From: Candidatus Latescibacterota bacterium
Lineage (GTDB): Bacteria; Latescibacterota; UBA2968; UBA8231
Assembly: GCA_016187725.1 (NCBI GenBank)
Contig: JACPJE010000266.1
Span: forward strand, 1 to 26,907
DNA length: 26,907 nucleotides
Reading direction: 5' to 3'
The notes under the pieces are model-generated. The model made no database searches. It saw nothing but the letters and a program-made list of their open reading frames with translations, and was not told the origin of the DNA. This document shows positions 24,654-26,907 of the stretch, one piece after another; the first letter of the stretch is position 1, and the number at the start of each line of letters is the position of its first letter. Both the position numbers and the translations under genes were made by a program.

Positions 24654-25985
24654 TCACTCCCGCCAGATCCCGGCGAGCCATCCCATCAGCCCGGCGAAGA
24701 AAGCGCGGTAGTACTGGCCCCAGCCGTCCCACACCACGTTGCCGCGGTGGGCGCCCCAGGCCGGCCGGCTGGCCAGCACAGCGACGCGGCCCTGGCCGTA
24801 TTCGGCCAGGCCCAGCGCCGGATGTCTGCCGGCATCGGTGAAGCGCAGAGGGACGAGGGCATCGGGCCAGGCCCTGGCTGGCGCCCACCAGGTGAGGCGC
24901 ACCTGGGCGTCGGGTTCGAGCATCAGGCGCGAGACGGTGAAATGGGGGGTGCCCAACTGCAGGCCCAGCGCCGGCTCAGTGCGCTGGAGTTTGCCGGCCG
25001 GCTGCAGGGGCAGCATATCTCCCAGGGTGGAGGCCAGTTCGCCAAAAGGGGCGCAGAGCAGCAGCCCGCCACCAGCCGCGATCCAGTCCCACAGTTCACC
25101 GACCTTTTCCAGGGGCCAGGCATCGCCCACCAGGCAGAGGGCAGCGCAGCCCTCAAGATCCTGCGGGCCGCGCTGGCCCGGGCCCTGCCAGTCCACGGCA
25201 AACCCGGTCTGGAGGCCGCTGGCATGCAGGTACTCGCCGTCGGATTCGGGGTTTTCGCCCTCGTGGTGGCTGGCCACCAGGACACGCGCCCCCCCGCCGG
25301 CAAAGGGCAAATGGGCGGTGGGGCGCTGTCCCTGCAGGGCCACCAGTTCCCGGGTGTGGAGCAGGGCGCGGCCCGCTTCCTGGTAGGTGATTTCTGCGGT
25401 GGCGAAATCGCCGGTGGCCGGCAGGGGCAGTTCGAGGGCCAGGGGTTTCCCGGGGGTCGGGGTGCCGGTTTTTTCACCGTGGCCCTGCACGGCGCCAGCC
25501 TGGTCGAGGACATGTACCGTCAAGGTTCCGGAACCGCGCTCTGCCAGGTGTACGCCCACCGCGATGGTGCGCTGATCCCGACGGGTGAGGGTGAGGCCGC
25601 CTTCCTGGCCGGCGCGGACGAAATCCTTCCCTCCCGTACCCAGGGTGACGTCGAAGCCCCAGACCGCGCGGTCTCCGGGCGGCACCTCGATATGGCTGAT
25701 GCCCTGGGGGGTATAGGCCCCGTACCCGGCAAAGTGCAGGCCCCAGTACGGCTCGAAGCGGGCCTTGAGCAGGAAGAACTCCTCCCCGTCGCCCGGGCCG
25801 GTGGCGTACCACCAGGGCGCGCCCTCCAGGTCCCAGCGCAGGCGGTCGAAGACCCGCTCTTCCAGGCGGGGGGCGGGGAAGAGCGGCGCAGCCTCCTTGA
25901 GGACCGTGCGCAGGTAAGGGTTCTCGACCACGACCTCGCGGTCGCCGTCGGCGTCCACGTCGGCAAAACGCACTTCGATGGCCAT
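24654..25985 (-). CDS. hypothetical protein, 443 aa (C-terminal half possibly class-I glutamine-amidotransferase-like/ThuA-like fold)
   Basis: ATG 25983-25985 with no clear SD. Strong GC3 bias and diverse composition. RVLVASHHEGENPESDGEYLHASG...LCLVGDAWP...LWDWIAAGGGLLL suggests a GATase1-like domain. Its stop is 3 bp from the convergent stop of the previous gene. Confidence 0.5.
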   Translation of the reverse strand: MAIEVRFADVDADGDREVVVENPYLRTVLKEAAPLFPAPRLEERVFDRLRWDLEGAPWWYATGPGDGEEFFLLKARFEPYWGLHFAGYGAYTPQGISHIEVPPGDRAVWGFDVTLGTGGKDFVRAGQEGGLTLTRRDQRTIAVGVHLAERGSGTLTVHVLDQAGAVQGHGEKTGTPTPGKPLALELPLPATGDFATAEITYQEAGRALLHTRELVALQGQRPTAHLPFAGGGARVLVASHHEGENPESDGEYLHASGLQTGFAVDWQGPGQRGPQDLEGCAALCLVGDAWPLEKVGELWDWIAAGGGLLLCAPFGELASTLGDMLPLQPAGKLQRTEPALGLQLGTPHFTVSRLMLEPDAQVRLTWWAPARAWPDALVPLRFTDAGRHPALGLAEYGQGRVAVLASRPAWGAHRGNVVWDGWGQYYRAFFAGLMGWLAGIWRE

Positions 25986-26035
25986 CGGCAGAACTCAGGG
26001 CGAGTTGGAGGGAGGAGCGGAGATTCGTTATTATC

Positions 26036-26050
26036 CCCCTGCTGCAGGGG
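26036..26050. promoter_or_regulatory. 15-bp perfect palindrome CCCCTGC-T-GCAGGGG in a divergent intergenic region, flanked by TTATTAT / ATAA
   Basis: Read directly. It lies between the divergently oriented starts at 25985 (minus) and 26105 (plus), so it is a candidate operator rather than a terminator. Confidence 0.3.
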
Positions 26051-26104
26051 TTCACGATAAGCAAAGGAGCCCGGGGTGTCAAAACAGATGAAAGGATTTC
26101 TGCC

Positions 26105-26907
26105 ATGCTGATCATCGATTGCCACGCCCACATCACCTCCGCCGACGAAGTGCGTTATCCGCCCAAGGAAAACCCCCTGCGGGTGCCCGATGGCAAGGGG
26201 GCCCTGGAGGATCTGCGTCAGACCAGCCAGGCCAACGGGGTGCGGGCGGTGCGGGCAGTGCAGACGGTCTCCTTCTACAACTACGACAACCGCTACCTGT
26301 GCGACGCGGCCAAAGCCAATCCCGGCTGGGTGGCCGGGGTCTGTTGCCTCGAACCGGACGACCCGGCCAGCCCGGGCCTGCTGCGGCAGTTCGTGCGCGA
26401 CTACGGGGTCAAGACCCTGCGCAGCACCCCGGGCAACCAGCGGCGGACCTTCGACCACGAGGGGGTACGCCAGTTGTGGCGGGTCTGCGCCGAGGTGGGG
26501 GCCACGGTCGATATCTTCCTCATGAACCCGGATTGGGTGGAGGGGGCGGAGAAGCTCCTGTGGGAATTTCCCGGCCTGGTGGTGGGCTTCGACCACTGCA
26601 TGGATCTCAAACCCGGCCCGCAGTACCAGCGGGTCCTCGGCGAGGTGCTGCGCCTGGCGCGGTACCCCAACCTCTGCGCCAAGGTGGATTTCATCAGCAC
26701 CGGCACTGAAATCGGCTATCCCGGCGCCGATCTGCACCAGGCGGTGCTGCAGATCATCGACACCTATGGGCCGGAGCGCTGCGTGTGGGGCAGCAACTTC
26801 CCCAATGCGCTGTGGACCCCCAAACTCACCTACGCCGAGCACCTGCGCATCTTCACCCACGAATTGCCGTTGAGCGCCGCTGCCCGCGCCCAGGTGCTGG
26901 GCGAAAC
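26105..26907 (+). CDS. amidohydrolase-family (amidohydrolase_2-type metal-dependent TIM-barrel hydrolase) protein, 5' part; it continues beyond the window
   Basis: ATG 26105 (MLIIDCHAHITSADEV... = the HxH metal motif at the N-terminus), with AAGGA 8 nt upstream. The frame stays open to the window end. Not in the ORF track because no stop is reached. Confidence 0.7.
   Translation, partial: MLIIDCHAHITSADEVRYPPKENPLRVPDGKGALEDLRQTSQANGVRAVRAVQTVSFYNYDNRYLCDAAKANPGWVAGVCCLEPDDPASPGLLRQFVRDYGVKTLRSTPGNQRRTFDHEGVRQLWRVCAEVGATVDIFLMNPDWVEGAEKLLWEFPGLVVGFDHCMDLKPGPQYQRVLGEVLRLARYPNLCAKVDFISTGTEIGYPGADLHQAVLQIIDTYGPERCVWGSNFPNALWTPKLTYAEHLRIFTHELPLSAAARAQVLGE

Noticed and set aside
23310-26860. ORFs 23310..24611(-), 24747..26060(+) and 25520..26860(-)
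   Set aside because: Antisense to the DUF1015-like, hypothetical and amidohydrolase genes. In each case the partner strand shows strong GC3 bias and diverse amino-acid composition.
1-26907. CRISPR arrays, tRNA/rRNA genes, transposases, integrases, toxin-antitoxin or defense genes
   Set aside because: I looked for repeat-spacer periodicity, cloverleaf-like conserved tRNA boxes in the intergenic regions (all 200 bp or shorter), and recombinase or nuclease motifs in every ORF. None were found.

Overview
High-GC (about 68-70%) bacterial chromosomal fragment. I support about 22 protein-coding genes. Codon bias is strongly GC3, and nearly every real gene carries a long Arg/Pro/Gly-rich antisense ORF that I treat as an artifact. 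I found no rRNA, tRNA, CRISPR array, transposase or integrase.

Left to right, the window holds:
- a PHP-like metallohydrolase (minus strand), transcribed divergently from a URO-D-family protein;
- a 4.5 kb, three-gene minus-strand cassette: an exported protein with tandem SUMF1 domains, then an NfeD-like membrane protein, then flotillin. The cassette is bounded by near-perfect 35-bp direct repeats (2832-2866 and 7384-7418). Each repeat also supplies the stop codon of the flanking gene. One of those genes is a 3'-truncated APH-family kinase;
- an enolase-superfamily dehydratase, a 246-aa protein of unknown function, and a frameshifted FG-GAP/PQQ-like mini-gene;
- a tightly packed five-gene plus-strand operon, the most system-like feature in the window. 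It encodes two secreted multi-discoidin-domain proteins whose C-terminal ~90 residues resemble the T9SS type B sorting domain (CHU_C, TIGR04131), a large secreted glycoside hydrolase with a DUF4091-like C-terminal motif, a GH36-like hydrolase preceded by a coupled 14-codon uORF, and a sugar-phosphate isomerase. A hairpin terminator follows;
- a four-gene minus-strand regulatory cluster: a response regulator with inverted domain order (excisionase-type HTH at the N-terminus, REC at the C-terminus), a RodZ-like HTH protein, a membrane coiled-coil protein and a standalone cNMP-binding protein, plus a stub of a Gfo/Idh/MocA gene. Its divergent promoter carries four tandem 9-bp repeats and an 18-bp palindrome;
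- a 27-codon strongly SD-driven ORF coupled to a DUF1015-like gene, one convergent protein of unknown function, and a partial amidohydrolase at the right edge.

Several truncated, frameshifted or remnant genes suggest either local genome decay or rearrangement, or MAG assembly/indel errors. Taxonomy is my inference only: an FCB-group-like or environmental lineage, based on the T9SS-type C-terminal domains and the GC content.
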